The position numbers and the translations under genes are program-made. A DNA stretch of 64,000 nt, taken from assembly GCA_021809495.1 (NCBI GenBank), contig JAKAZI010000003.1, forward strand, positions 368-64,367. The letters run 5' to 3'. The notes beneath the pieces are model-generated. The model had not been told where the DNA came from. It saw only the letters and a list, made by a program, of their open reading frames with translations, and made no database searches. Source of the stretch: Actinomycetes bacterium (GTDB taxonomy: Bacteria > Actinomycetota > Acidimicrobiia > Acidimicrobiales > RAAP-2). This document shows, in pieces, positions 17,543 to 27,610 of this stretch; position 1 is the stretch's first letter; each line of letters starts with the position of its first letter.

Positions 17543-18120
17543 CGGCACCCATCGGTGTTCTCGCGCTGCAGGGTGACGTGCGCGAGCACGTCGCGGTACT
17601 GGCCGGTCTCGGGGTCGAGGTCGTCGCGGTTCGCACCACGCAGCAGTTGAGCGACGTCGCGGGTCTCGTGATCCCCGGCGGTGAGTCGACGACGATCGCG
17701 CGTCTGCTCGAGACCTCGGGCATGCGGAACCTGCTCGCCGAGCGGCTCCGTGATGGACTGCCGGTGCTCGGCACGTGCGCCGGACTGATCTTGTTGAGCC
17801 AGTCCATCGTCGACGGGCGCGACGATCAGTGGAGCTTTGGCACCATCGAGGTTGACGTGCGCCGAAACGGGTTCGGGCGCCAGATCGCGAGCTTCGAGAC
17901 CACGATCCAGGTCGACGGCGTCGGCGCGGTGCCCGGGGTATTCATCCGGGCACCGAAAATCGAATCGTGGTCGGCGAAGGTTTCGGTGCTCGCAACCCAC
18001 GACCACGGCACGGGGCCGACCCCGGTGCTCGTGCGCCAAGACGCCGCGTGGGGCTGTTCGTTCCACCCCGAACTGACCGACAGCAGCGCCATCCACGAAC
18101 TATTCCTCGCGTCGGTGTAG
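17536..18120 (+). CDS. pdxT: PLP synthase glutaminase subunit
   Basis: GVLALQG, PGGEST, GTCAG, FIRAP, FHPE. Confidence 0.97.
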   Translation: MVAAPIGVLALQGDVREHVAVLAGLGVEVVAVRTTQQLSDVAGLVIPGGESTTIARLLETSGMRNLLAERLRDGLPVLGTCAGLILLSQSIVDGRDDQWSFGTIEVDVRRNGFGRQIASFETTIQVDGVGAVPGVFIRAPKIESWSAKVSVLATHDHGTGPTPVLVRQDAAWGCSFHPELTDSSAIHELFLASV

Positions 18121-18199
18121 GCCGGCCGCCGAGCCCGATTGACTCGGACTTCGCTGGTTCTCCGATAGCATTGCAACGCCCAACGGGGCAGGAGGAACT

Positions 18200-18949
18200 A
18201 TGTCCGGCCATTCGAAGTGGGCGACGACCAAACACCGCAAGGGCGCCAAGGACAGCGCCCGCGCCAAAGTCTTCGCCAAGTTGATCCGTCAGGTCGAGGT
18301 CGCAGCGCGCGAAGGCGGTGGCGACGCGTCGGCCAACGCGAGCCTGCGCACGATGTACCAGAAGGCTCGAGAGGCGTCGGTGCCGATCGACACCATCGAG
18401 CGGGCGATCAAGCGCGGGACCGGCGAGTTGGAGGGAGCCCGCTACGAAGCGGTCACCTACGAGGGCTACGCACCCGGTGGCATCGCGGTAATCGTCGAGA
18501 CCCTCACCGACAACCGCAACCGCACGAGTGCCGAGATCAAGCACCTGTTCTCGAAGAACGGTGGATCGATCGCCGAGCCCGGCGCGGTTTCGTGGCAGTT
18601 CGATCGAAAGGGCATCATCGAGGTCAAGGGCGCCGTCGACGAGGACCAGATGCTCGAGTGGGTCCTCGAAGCCGGTGGCGAGAACTTCACGACCTCGGCC
18701 GAGGTGACGACCGTGATCACCGAGCCCCACGACGTGGGCCGGGTTCGCGACGCACTCGAGGGCTTCGGCTTGACGATTTCGAGCGCCGATCTGACCCTGG
18801 TGCCCCAGACGATGATTGAGGTCGCCGAGGAGTCCGAGGCGAAGAAGATCCTGCGCCTCGTGGACGCCATCGATGACCACGACGACGTCCAGAACGTGTA
18901 CGCGAACTTCGACATCCCCGACGAGATCCTGGCGAGTTTCGAGGAATAA
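18200..18949 (+). CDS. yebC: YebC/PmpR family protein
   Basis: MSGHSKW, YEGY, TDNRNRT, DDVQNVY. Confidence 0.96.
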   Translation: MSGHSKWATTKHRKGAKDSARAKVFAKLIRQVEVAAREGGGDASANASLRTMYQKAREASVPIDTIERAIKRGTGELEGARYEAVTYEGYAPGGIAVIVETLTDNRNRTSAEIKHLFSKNGGSIAEPGAVSWQFDRKGIIEVKGAVDEDQMLEWVLEAGGENFTTSAEVTTVITEPHDVGRVRDALEGFGLTISSADLTLVPQTMIEVAEESEAKKILRLVDAIDDHDDVQNVYANFDIPDEILASFEE

Positions 18950-18987
18950 CCGCGCGAGCGGTTCCGCGTTCGCGAGCGTCGGGTCGA

Positions 18988-19008
18988 TACAATCGAACAT
19001 ATGTTCGT
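18988..19008 (+). promoter_or_regulatory. lexA box: -10 element TACAAT plus LexA (SOS) box TCGAACATATGTTCGT spanning the ruvC start codon
   Basis: Matches the actinobacterial TCGAAC-N4-GTTCGA consensus at 11 of 12 positions (18993-19008). Confidence 0.85.
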
Positions 19009-19510
19009 ATTAGGAATCGACCCGGGTCTGACCCGTTGTGGATTTGGACTCGTGGAAGGGTCGCTGCGTGGGCCCGAGACGTTCCGCGCCGTTCGCGCCG
19101 GCGTCATCGAGACCAAGGCCACCGATCCGGTCGAGCGACGACTCGCCCAGCTACTGGTCGAGCTGACGTCGCTCCTTGACGAGGTGAACCCGGACGCCGT
19201 CGCCGTCGAGCGGGTGTTCTTTCAGCGCAATGCTCGGACCGCGATCCCCGTGGCTCAGGCCAGTGGGGTGGCGGTCGCGCTCGCCGGTGCTCGCAACCTC
19301 GAGGTCCGCCAGTTCACCGCCCAAGAGGCGAAGCTCGCGGTGACCGGCTACGGCGGCGCGGACAAGGCCCAGGTTCAAGGCATGGTCGCGCGACTGTGCG
19401 CGCTGCGCGCCGTGCCCCAACCGGCCGACGCCGCGGACGCGATGGCGCTCGCGATCACCTACTTCACGACCTGTCGCACCGAGGTCCGTTTGAGCGGGGC
19501 CGCGTCGTGA
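19001..19510 (+). CDS. ruvC: Holliday junction resolvase
   Basis: LGIDPG, ERVFF, GYGGADKAQV, DAADAMA. Confidence 0.97.
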   Translation: MFVLGIDPGLTRCGFGLVEGSLRGPETFRAVRAGVIETKATDPVERRLAQLLVELTSLLDEVNPDAVAVERVFFQRNARTAIPVAQASGVAVALAGARNLEVRQFTAQEAKLAVTGYGGADKAQVQGMVARLCALRAVPQPADAADAMALAITYFTTCRTEVRLSGAAS

Positions 19511-20070
19511 TCGGTTACCTCAGCGGTCGGGTGCTCGCGACTCTCCCGTCGGGGGCGACCATCGTTGACGTGAACGGCGTCGGGTACGAGGTCCACGTCG
19601 CCTCGGGCGAGCCGCCCGGCGTCGACAGTTCGGTGGATCTGGCGGTCTACACGGTGGTTCGCGCGGACGCCATCGTGCTCTACGGCTTTGAGACCTTTGA
19701 GGAGCGGGCGTTCTTTTCCCAGCTGCTCGCCACCCCGGGCGTCGGGCCATCGACCGCCCTCGCGGCGCTTCGCACGATGCCGATGGCCGCACTCGCCGAG
19801 GCCATCGAGTCCGGTGATCACAAGACCGTCGCCTCGATCCCGGGCATTGGGACCAAGACCGCGAATCGGATCGTGCTCGAGCTGCACGGCAAAGTCGCCG
19901 TCGACGCCGGCGAGGTGGTGCCGGCGGGCGCCGTTCCCGGCGCCATCGAGGAGGCGCTGCGCCGACTCGGGTACGGGACCGCAGAGATCCGCGAGCTTCA
20001 CGCCATCGAACTGCCCGACGACGAGAGCGCGGCGCTGCGCGTTGCGCTCGGTTACCTGGGGCGCGCGTGA
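19507..20070 (+). CDS. ruvA: Holliday junction branch migration protein
   Basis: VNGVGY, LYGF, two HhH motifs (GVGP, PGIG). GTGA overlap. Confidence 0.95.
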   Translation: MIGYLSGRVLATLPSGATIVDVNGVGYEVHVASGEPPGVDSSVDLAVYTVVRADAIVLYGFETFEERAFFSQLLATPGVGPSTALAALRTMPMAALAEAIESGDHKTVASIPGIGTKTANRIVLELHGKVAVDAGEVVPAGAVPGAIEEALRRLGYGTAEIRELHAIELPDDESAALRVALGYLGRA

Positions 20071-21101
20071 GTCGCCGCGAGATCGACTTGGGAAGTGAGC
20101 CCCTCGTCAGCAGTGGCGCCGACGAGCCCGAACGACGCAGCGAGGCGTCGCTGCGTCCGACGTCGCTGCGGGGCTTCGTCGGTCAGCGCGACCTCGTCGG
20201 GCACCTCGAGATCGTGCTCGGCTCGGCGCGCTCGCGCGGCCAGGTCGTCGATCACATCCTGCTCGCCGGTCCACCGGGACTCGGCAAGACCTCGCTCGCC
20301 TCGATCGTGGCCAACGAGATGGGATCGGGTCTGCGAATCACCTCGGGGCCGGTGCTAACGCGCCCGGGTGACCTCGCGGCGTTGATGACCGATCTGCACG
20401 ACGGTGACGTGTTGTTCATCGATGAGATCCACCGGCTGAACCGAACGGTCGAAGAGGTGCTGTACCCGGCGATGGAGGACCGGCGCCTGGACGTCCTGAT
20501 CGGCCGCGGACCCTCGGCGCGGACGATCCGACTCGACCTGCCCAACTTCACACTGATCGGCGCCACGACACGCACCGGACTCGTGGCGGCCCCGCTGCGG
20601 GATCGATTCGGTTTCGTCGGCCAGCTCGACCTCTACGACGACGCCGAGCTGACCACGATCGTCGAGCGCTCGGCGGGACTGCTCGCCATCGAGATCAGCA
20701 CCGAGGCCGCGCTCGCGATTGCCTCGCGCAGCCGCGGGACGCCCAGGATTGCGAACCGACTGCTCCGGCGGGTCCGCGACTTCGCGGCGGTAAACCACCT
20801 CGTGACGATCGACGCGGGGGTGGCGGTCGAGGCGCTGACGCTGTTCGGCATCGACGACCTGGGACTGGACAAGATCGACCGGCGGATTCTCGGACTGCTC
20901 TGTCGCCAGTTCAGCGCTCAGCCGGTGGGTCTGGTGACCCTGAGCCACGCCTGTGGCGAGGAGACCCTGACCATTGAGGACGCCTACGAGCCGTATCTTT
21001 TGCGCGCGGGACTGCTCATCCGTACCCCGCGGGGTCGCCTGGCGACGGACCGGGCCTACGCGCACCTGGGTCTTCGCGCACCCGGCGGCGGAATGGTCTA
21101 G
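20067..21101 (+). CDS. ruvB: Holliday junction branch migration helicase
   Basis: GPPGLGKT, FIDEIHR, GATT, RGTPR, RTPRGR. Confidence 0.98.
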   Translation: MSRREIDLGSEPLVSSGADEPERRSEASLRPTSLRGFVGQRDLVGHLEIVLGSARSRGQVVDHILLAGPPGLGKTSLASIVANEMGSGLRITSGPVLTRPGDLAALMTDLHDGDVLFIDEIHRLNRTVEEVLYPAMEDRRLDVLIGRGPSARTIRLDLPNFTLIGATTRTGLVAAPLRDRFGFVGQLDLYDDAELTTIVERSAGLLAIEISTEAALAIASRSRGTPRIANRLLRRVRDFAAVNHLVTIDAGVAVEALTLFGIDDLGLDKIDRRILGLLCRQFSAQPVGLVTLSHACGEETLTIEDAYEPYLLRAGLLIRTPRGRLATDRAYAHLGLRAPGGGMV

Positions 21102-21156
21102 GTATCAGCCCAGCGTGGGCTAGGGTTTCTGGGGTCTAGTTCCGGAGGAAAGCCAC

Positions 21157-21477
21157 ATGTTTGCAGCTTCGAGCGGCGGCTCGTCGATTTTGATTATCTA
21201 CTTGGTGGTCTTCGGGGCGCTGTATTTCTTCTACCTCCGTCCACGCAACAAGAAGCAGAAGCAGGCCCGACTGGCCGCTCGTAAGGTGGAAGTGGGCGAG
21301 CGCGCCCAGACGATCGGCGGCTTCGTCGGTACGGTCGTGCGCAGCGACGCTGACATCATCGTGCTGCGCAGCGCGAGCGGGATCGAACTCGAGTTCGTGC
21401 CTTCGGCCATCGCGCGCCGCTTCGATCCGGCTCCCGTCGTGAGTGACGAGCCGACCGCCGAAGGCGACGAGCAGTAA
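21157..21477 (+). CDS. yajC: Preprotein translocase subunit YajC
   Basis: N-terminal TM, RP-x-x-K, TIGG; directly upstream of secD. Confidence 0.9.
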   Translation: MFAASSGGSSILIIYLVVFGALYFFYLRPRNKKQKQARLAARKVEVGERAQTIGGFVGTVVRSDADIIVLRSASGIELEFVPSAIARRFDPAPVVSDEPTAEGDEQ

Positions 21478-22982
21478 TGGCGGGGACCGTCGGTTCTCGC
21501 CGGTCCCTGATCGTCAGCCTGCTGCTGACGATCGTGGTCGCCTTCGGTGCACTGATTACCACCCTGTCCTTCGGGTGGGGACCCAAGTTGGGCCTCGACC
21601 TGGCGGGCGGGCTGTCGGTCGTCTATAAGCCGGCCACCGCGACCTCGACGGCGAACATGCAAGAGGTCGTCACGATCCTCAACAACCGGGTGAACGGACT
21701 TGGCGTGTCGGGCGCCACGGTGAACCTCCAGGGTAAGGACGTCGTCGTCAGCGTGCCCGGGGTGACCGACGCCCGCACGGTCCTCGCGACCGTCGGACAG
21801 ACCGCTCAGCTGCTGTTCCGTCCGGTCCTCTGCGAGACCGGCCCGGCGTCCAAGCACGCCAAGGTCGTCAAGACCGTTCCCAAGTGTGGCGCGAACTATC
21901 TCATGACGGCGGCCAACCTGGCCGTCAACACCTCCACCCAGGCGCCGACTAACAACATCGGTCTGGACCCCCAGTACACGAACATCGCCTCGACGTCACC
22001 CCAGAGTGACAACAAGAACCAGATGGTGATCCTGCCGACCCTGGGTTCGAACAGCGTTCGCTACGTACTCGGGCCGGCTGAACTCACCGGTCAGGCCGTC
22101 AAGACCGCCCTCGCCCAGCAAGACCAGGTGGGCGCGTGGGTCGTCAACTACTCGCTCACCAGTGCGGGCAGTCCCGCGTGGGACCGGGTGGCCCAGGCCA
22201 ACTTCCACGCCGAACTCGCCATCGAACTCGACGGGGTCGTGCAGTCGGCGCCCCTCATCCAGCCGGGCCAGGCGAGCTTCAGCTCCTTTAACGGCCAGGG
22301 TCAGATCTCGGGTTCCTTCACCGAGTCCTCGGCGAAGAACCTGGCCCTCGCGATGCAGTTCGGCGCACTGCCGGTGCGTCTCATCGCCCAAAACACCGTG
22401 ACCGTCTCACCGACGCTTGGCCATAGCGCACTCGTCGCGGGTCTCGGCGCGGGACTCGTGGGCTTGGGCCTTGTGTTGCTCTACACCATCGTCTACTACC
22501 GACTGCTGGGTCTCGTGATCGTGCTCGGACTCGGGGTCACCGGCGCGTTGCTGTGGGCGATCATCTCCGCGCTCGGACACACGGCCTTCGCGCCCAGCTT
22601 CACGTTGGCTGGTGTCACCGGATTAATTGTGTCCATCGGTATCACGGTCGACAGTTATATCGTGTACTTCGAACGATTAAAAGACGAGGCCCGAGCCGGC
22701 CGGTCGATTCGCACCTCGGTGGACCGGGGATTCCGCTCGGCGTGGCGCACGGTGCTCGCGGCGGACACGGTCAGTCTGCTCGCCGCGGTATTGCTCTACC
22801 TGATCGCCGTCGGTGACGTGCGCGGGTTCGCGTTCTTCCTCGGTCTCTCGACCCTGCTCGACATCGGCATCACGTGGTACTTCACGCGTCCGCTCGTGAT
22901 CCTGCTGGGTCGGCGCAGCACCGACCAGACGAGCGCGTTGTCGATGGCGGCCGGACTCGCAATGGGAGCGACCAATGAGTAG
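21477..22982 (+). CDS. secD: Protein translocase subunit SecD
   Basis: LGLDLAGG, NRVNGLGV, FGALP, TVDSYIVYFER, VRGFA. Confidence 0.96.
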   Translation: MAGTVGSRRSLIVSLLLTIVVAFGALITTLSFGWGPKLGLDLAGGLSVVYKPATATSTANMQEVVTILNNRVNGLGVSGATVNLQGKDVVVSVPGVTDARTVLATVGQTAQLLFRPVLCETGPASKHAKVVKTVPKCGANYLMTAANLAVNTSTQAPTNNIGLDPQYTNIASTSPQSDNKNQMVILPTLGSNSVRYVLGPAELTGQAVKTALAQQDQVGAWVVNYSLTSAGSPAWDRVAQANFHAELAIELDGVVQSAPLIQPGQASFSSFNGQGQISGSFTESSAKNLALAMQFGALPVRLIAQNTVTVSPTLGHSALVAGLGAGLVGLGLVLLYTIVYYRLLGLVIVLGLGVTGALLWAIISALGHTAFAPSFTLAGVTGLIVSIGITVDSYIVYFERLKDEARAGRSIRTSVDRGFRSAWRTVLAADTVSLLAAVLLYLIAVGDVRGFAFFLGLSTLLDIGITWYFTRPLVILLGRRSTDQTSALSMAAGLAMGATNE

Positions 22983-24099
22983 CGCGACAGTAACGACGCC
23001 GACGCCGGGACGCCTGGGCCGGATCTATCGGGGCCTGACGAAGTTCGACTTCGTCGGACGGCGCAAGATCTGGTTCAGCGTCTCCATCGCGATCATCGTG
23101 CTCGGTATCGCCTCGCTGTCGATCCGGGGATTCAACCTCGGAATCGACTTCAAGGGTGGCAGTTCGTGGGAGGTCCTCGCGCCCAACACGTCGATCAGCG
23201 CGGTGACTTCGGCGGTGGAACACGCCGGACTCTCCCAACCGGTCGTCGAGAAGTTGGGCGCCGACACCTATCAGGTGTCCGCCGACATCAACGCACTGTC
23301 GAGCACCCAGCAGAACGACCTCACCAACAAGGTGATCAACGCGATGGCGAAGATCGCCAACGTGAACGCGAATCAGGTCTCCACGAGCACCGTGGGCCCG
23401 ACCTGGGGTAGTCAGATCACCCGACGGGCCCTCGAGGCGCTGCTGGTGTTCTTCATCGCCGTCATCATCTACATCAGTGCGCGCTTCGAGCCCAAGATGG
23501 CCGTCGCGGCCTTCGTCGCGATGGTCCACGACCTCTTGATCACGATCGGGGTGTACTCGCTCTTCGGCTTTCAGATCACGCCGGACACCGTCATCGCGGT
23601 GCTGACGATCCTCGGCTACTCGCTCTATGACACGGTGGTGGTCTTTGACCGCGTGCGGGACAATACCGGCTCGGTGCTGAAGGGGGGCGAACTCACCTAC
23701 AGCGACATGGTGAACCTCTCGATGAACCAGACCCTGGCGCGCTCGATCAACACCTCGCTCGTGGCGATCCTGCCGGTGCTGTCGGTGCTGATCGTGGGTG
23801 CGTACATCCTCGGCGCGACGACGCTGCAGAACTACGGACTCGCCCTCACCGTCGGCCTGATCAGTGGTGCCTACTCGTCGATCTTCATCGCGAGTCCGCT
23901 GCTCGCGATCTTGAAGGAGCGAGAGACGCGCTACGTCGACCTCGCGGCGCGAGTCATGTCCCGCTCGGACCACCACACGTTCAGTCCCGCCGAGGCCGCG
24001 AGGCTGTCCAACGACGGCACCCAGCGCACGTCGCGCGCGGCGAGCGCGACCAAGTCCGCGGGGGTTCAGGCCCGCGCTCGCAAGCAGAAACGGCGGTAG
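22975..24099 (+). CDS. secF: Protein translocase subunit SecF
   Basis: GIDFKGG, VGPTWG, HD, GYSLYDTVVVFDRVR, RSINT. Confidence 0.96.
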   Translation: MSSATVTTPTPGRLGRIYRGLTKFDFVGRRKIWFSVSIAIIVLGIASLSIRGFNLGIDFKGGSSWEVLAPNTSISAVTSAVEHAGLSQPVVEKLGADTYQVSADINALSSTQQNDLTNKVINAMAKIANVNANQVSTSTVGPTWGSQITRRALEALLVFFIAVIIYISARFEPKMAVAAFVAMVHDLLITIGVYSLFGFQITPDTVIAVLTILGYSLYDTVVVFDRVRDNTGSVLKGGELTYSDMVNLSMNQTLARSINTSLVAILPVLSVLIVGAYILGATTLQNYGLALTVGLISGAYSSIFIASPLLAILKERETRYVDLAARVMSRSDHHTFSPAEAARLSNDGTQRTSRAASATKSAGVQARARKQKRR

Positions 24100-24119
24100 T
24101 CGACCGGTAGGCTGACCCC

Positions 24120-26330
24120 ATGGTGAGCTTGACGTCACGACTGCCGACGGACGCGGCGCTGGTCAGTTCCGTCGACCGCATCGTCACGCGGTTTCGCGAG
24201 CACCACGTCGACGGCGACATCGAGATCATCCGCCGGGCGGGGCTGGCGGCCATCGCCGCCCACGAGGGCCAGTTGCGCCGCACCGGCGAGCCCTACGTGA
24301 CCCACCCGATCGCGGTGGCGGGTATCGTCGCCGACCTCGGCCTGGACGCGCCGACGATCGCGGCCGCGCTCTTGCACGACGCCGTCGAGGACACCGGGAT
24401 GACCACGAGCTGGTTGGCTCGCGAGTTCGGCGAGCAGGTCGCAGCGGTCGTGGACGGCGTGACGAAGCTCGATCGTCTCGAGTTCGACTCCAAAGAGGCC
24501 CAGCAGGCCGCCACGATTCGCAAGATGTTCATCGCGATGGCCCGGGACTGGCGGGTCCTGATCATCAAGTTGGCCGACCGTCTGCACAACATGCGCACGA
24601 TCTCGGTCATGCCCATGCACCGCCAGCGGGCGATCGCCCAGGAGACCCTCGACGTCTACGCGCCGCTCGCGCACCGACTCGGCGTCCAGCAGGTCAAGTG
24701 GCAGTTAGAGGACCTCAGCTTCGCCACCCTGCACCCGAAGCGCTACGCCGAGATCGAGCAGATGGTCGCCGCGCGTCAGCCCGAGCGCGAGGCCTACCTG
24801 CACGAGGTGATGGACGCGCTGCTCGCCAAGGTCGAGGGCTTCAACATCCGCGCGGAGGTTCGCGGACGTCCAAAACACCTCTGGAGCATCTACGAGAAGA
24901 TGGTGGTCGGCGGCAAGGAGTTCGACGAGATTTTCGACCTGGTCGGACTGCGGGTCATCGTCGAGGAGGAACGAGACTGCTGGGCGGTGCTCGGGGCGAT
25001 CCACGCGCTCTGGTCGCCCGTACAGGGTCGCTTCAAGGACTACATCAACTCGCCGAAGTTCAACCTGTACCAGTCGCTGCACACGACGGTGATCGGTCCG
25101 CGGGGCAAGTCCGTCGAGGTCCAGGTCCGTACCCAAGAGATGCACCGGCGCGCCGAGTTCGGCATCGCGGCGCACTGGGGCTACAAGGAGGGCGCCTCCA
25201 CCAAGGAGATCGCCTGGATGCAGCGCCTGGCCGACGTCGAGCAGGAAGAGGACGACCCGATCGCCTTCCTCGAGGCGCTCAAACTCGACCTCGGCAACGA
25301 CGAGGTCTACGTCTTTACCCCGAAGGGTCGCGTGATCGCCCTGGTGGAGGGGGCGACGCCCATCGACTTCGCCTACGCGGTGCACACCGAGGTCGGCCAC
25401 CACTGCGTGGGCGCGAAGGTCAACGGGCGCCTGGTGCCCCTGGACACGGTGTTGCACTCGGCCGACGTCGTGGAGATCGTGACGAGCAAGCACCAGTCCG
25501 CGGGACCATCGCGGGACTGGCTGAAGATCGCCAAGTCCTCGCGCGCCAAGTCCAAGATCCGACAGTGGTTCCAGCGCGAGCGACGCGAGGACGCGATCGA
25601 GGGCGGACGCGAGGAGTTGACCAAGGCGCTGCGCCGCGAGGGACTGCCGATCGCGACGTCGCTCGCCTCGAGCGCCCTGGACGCGGTCATCAGCTCGCTC
25701 AACCTCGAAGACCTGGACGCCTTGTTCATGTCGATCGACAGCGGTCAGATCTCCGCGCTCGCGGTCGTGCAGCGACTCGAGCGCGAACTGCACGGGGGTG
25801 ACGCCGAACAGCTCCCCACGACGGTCACCAAGATGCCGCGCAACAATCGCTCGGCGCGGCGCACGGCGGGGGTCTACGTCGAGGGCCTCGACGACGTGAT
25901 GATCCACCTCGCGCGCTGCTGCTCACCGGTGCCCGGTGACGCCATCATGGGCTTCATCACCCAGGGTCGGGGCGTGTCGGTGCACCGCGACGACTGCTCC
26001 AACGCCGTCGCGCTGGCGCACCGCCTGGGGGAGCGGATCATCGACGTCGAGTGGGACGGCTCGGTCGGCGGTCAGTACCGCGCGGTGCTCGAGGTGCTCG
26101 CCTTTGACCGGTCACGTTTGCTGCTCGACGTCTCCAAGGTCGTCGCCGAGTATCACCTCAACATCATCTCGAGCAGTTCCACGACGTCGGGCGCGCGAAT
26201 CGTTCGCATGGTCTTTGACGTCGAGCTGGTCGACCCGACGCACCTCTCGAGTCTGCTCAGCGCGCTGAAGGCGGTCGACGGGGTCTTTGACGCCTTTCGC
26301 CAGATCCCCGGACAGAATAAAGGAACATGA
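24120..26330 (+). CDS. relA: Bifunctional (p)ppGpp synthetase/hydrolase Rel
   Basis: Intact HD domain (HP..LLHDAVED), DRLHNMRT, RFKDY, YQSLHT; TGS, CC and ACT domains. Confidence 0.97.
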   Translation: MVSLTSRLPTDAALVSSVDRIVTRFREHHVDGDIEIIRRAGLAAIAAHEGQLRRTGEPYVTHPIAVAGIVADLGLDAPTIAAALLHDAVEDTGMTTSWLAREFGEQVAAVVDGVTKLDRLEFDSKEAQQAATIRKMFIAMARDWRVLIIKLADRLHNMRTISVMPMHRQRAIAQETLDVYAPLAHRLGVQQVKWQLEDLSFATLHPKRYAEIEQMVAARQPEREAYLHEVMDALLAKVEGFNIRAEVRGRPKHLWSIYEKMVVGGKEFDEIFDLVGLRVIVEEERDCWAVLGAIHALWSPVQGRFKDYINSPKFNLYQSLHTTVIGPRGKSVEVQVRTQEMHRRAEFGIAAHWGYKEGASTKEIAWMQRLADVEQEEDDPIAFLEALKLDLGNDEVYVFTPKGRVIALVEGATPIDFAYAVHTEVGHHCVGAKVNGRLVPLDTVLHSADVVEIVTSKHQSAGPSRDWLKIAKSSRAKSKIRQWFQRERREDAIEGGREELTKALRREGLPIATSLASSALDAVISSLNLEDLDALFMSIDSGQISALAVVQRLERELHGGDAEQLPTTVTKMPRNNRSARRTAGVYVEGLDDVMIHLARCCSPVPGDAIMGFITQGRGVSVHRDDCSNAVALAHRLGERIIDVEWDGSVGGQYRAVLEVLAFDRSRLLLDVSKVVAEYHLNIISSSSTTSGARIVRMVFDVELVDPTHLSSLLSALKAVDGVFDAFRQIPGQNKGT

Positions 26331-27610
26331 ACGAGTCGCCCGCGCAGTTCCGTGCCCCGGTGGGCACCCACGACGTCCTCGCACCGCAGTCCGCGCTCTG
26401 GGAGGGCCTGATCGGGACCTTCGCGACCCTGGCGTACCGCTACGGTTTCTCGCTCGTGCTCACGCCGCTCTTCGAGGACGTCGGGGTGTTCAACCGCGGC
26501 ATCGGCGAGATGAGCGAGGTCGCCACCAAGGAGATGTACGTCTTCACCGACCGGGGCAACCGAACCCTCGCGCTTCGCCCCGAGGGAACCGCGTCGGTGG
26601 TGCGCGCCTTCGTCCAGCACCAGCCACCGACGCCCTGGAAGGCGTGGTACGTCACCCCGGCCTTTCGCTACGAACGACCCCAGGCGGGGCGGTATCGCCA
26701 GCACCACCAGCTGGGCGTCGAGGTGCTCGGCACCGACGACCCCGCGGTCGACGTCGAGGTCATCGCGCTCGCCTGGCGCTTCTACGAGGCGATCGGCCTC
26801 AAGCGGGTCCGACTCCTGATCAACTCGATGGGCCACGACGAGTGCCGGGGACGCTACGTCGAGTTGCTCGTCGCGCACCTGGCGGCCAACGAGTCCTCGC
26901 TCTGTGACGAGCACCGCGAGACGTGGTCGGCGAACCCGCTGCGGGTACTCGACTGCAAGCGAGCCGAGTGCCGTGACGTGACTGAGCGCGGACCGATGCT
27001 GCCCGATCACCTCTGTGACGACTGTCGGCTGCACTTCGAACGGGTCGTCGATGGTCTGGGTCGACTCGGGATCGAGTCGACGCTCGCCCCGCGATTGGTT
27101 CGGGGCTTCGATTACTACACCCGCACGACCTTCGAGTTCGTCGCCGACGCCCTCGACGGTGCGCAGAACGCGATCGGAGGCGGTGGGCGCTACGACAAGC
27201 TGGCCGAGCAGTTGGGTGGTCCCGCGACGAGCGGTATCGGATTCGGCAGCGGCGTCGAACGCCTCCTGCTCGCGCGCGACGCCGAGGGAGCCGAGGCGAC
27301 GCTGCTCAATCGAGCGCCGGACGTCTTCGTCGTGGACACCACGGGCACCGACGTCGCGACGGTCTACGCCGACCAGCTGCGCCGGGCCGGCCTCGCCGTC
27401 CAACGCGCCTACGACCAGCGCTCGATGAAGGCCCAGATGAAGGTCGCCGACCGTTCCGGGGCCCGCTTCGCGGTGCTCGTGGGGCCCGCGGAGCTGGCCG
27501 ACGCCCAGGTTACGATTAGGGACCTGCGTAGCGGGGACCATGCCCAGACCCAGCGCAGCGTGGCGCACGACGAGCTCGTGGCGACCATGCTCGATCTAGT
27601 GAAGAAGTGA
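26327..27610 (+). CDS. hisS: Histidine--tRNA ligase
   Basis: LRPEGT, RYERPQAGRYR, RGFDYY, GGRYD. Confidence 0.97.
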   Translation: MNESPAQFRAPVGTHDVLAPQSALWEGLIGTFATLAYRYGFSLVLTPLFEDVGVFNRGIGEMSEVATKEMYVFTDRGNRTLALRPEGTASVVRAFVQHQPPTPWKAWYVTPAFRYERPQAGRYRQHHQLGVEVLGTDDPAVDVEVIALAWRFYEAIGLKRVRLLINSMGHDECRGRYVELLVAHLAANESSLCDEHRETWSANPLRVLDCKRAECRDVTERGPMLPDHLCDDCRLHFERVVDGLGRLGIESTLAPRLVRGFDYYTRTTFEFVADALDGAQNAIGGGGRYDKLAEQLGGPATSGIGFGSGVERLLLARDAEGAEATLLNRAPDVFVVDTTGTDVATVYADQLRRAGLAVQRAYDQRSMKAQMKVADRSGARFAVLVGPAELADAQVTIRDLRSGDHAQTQRSVAHDELVATMLDLVKK

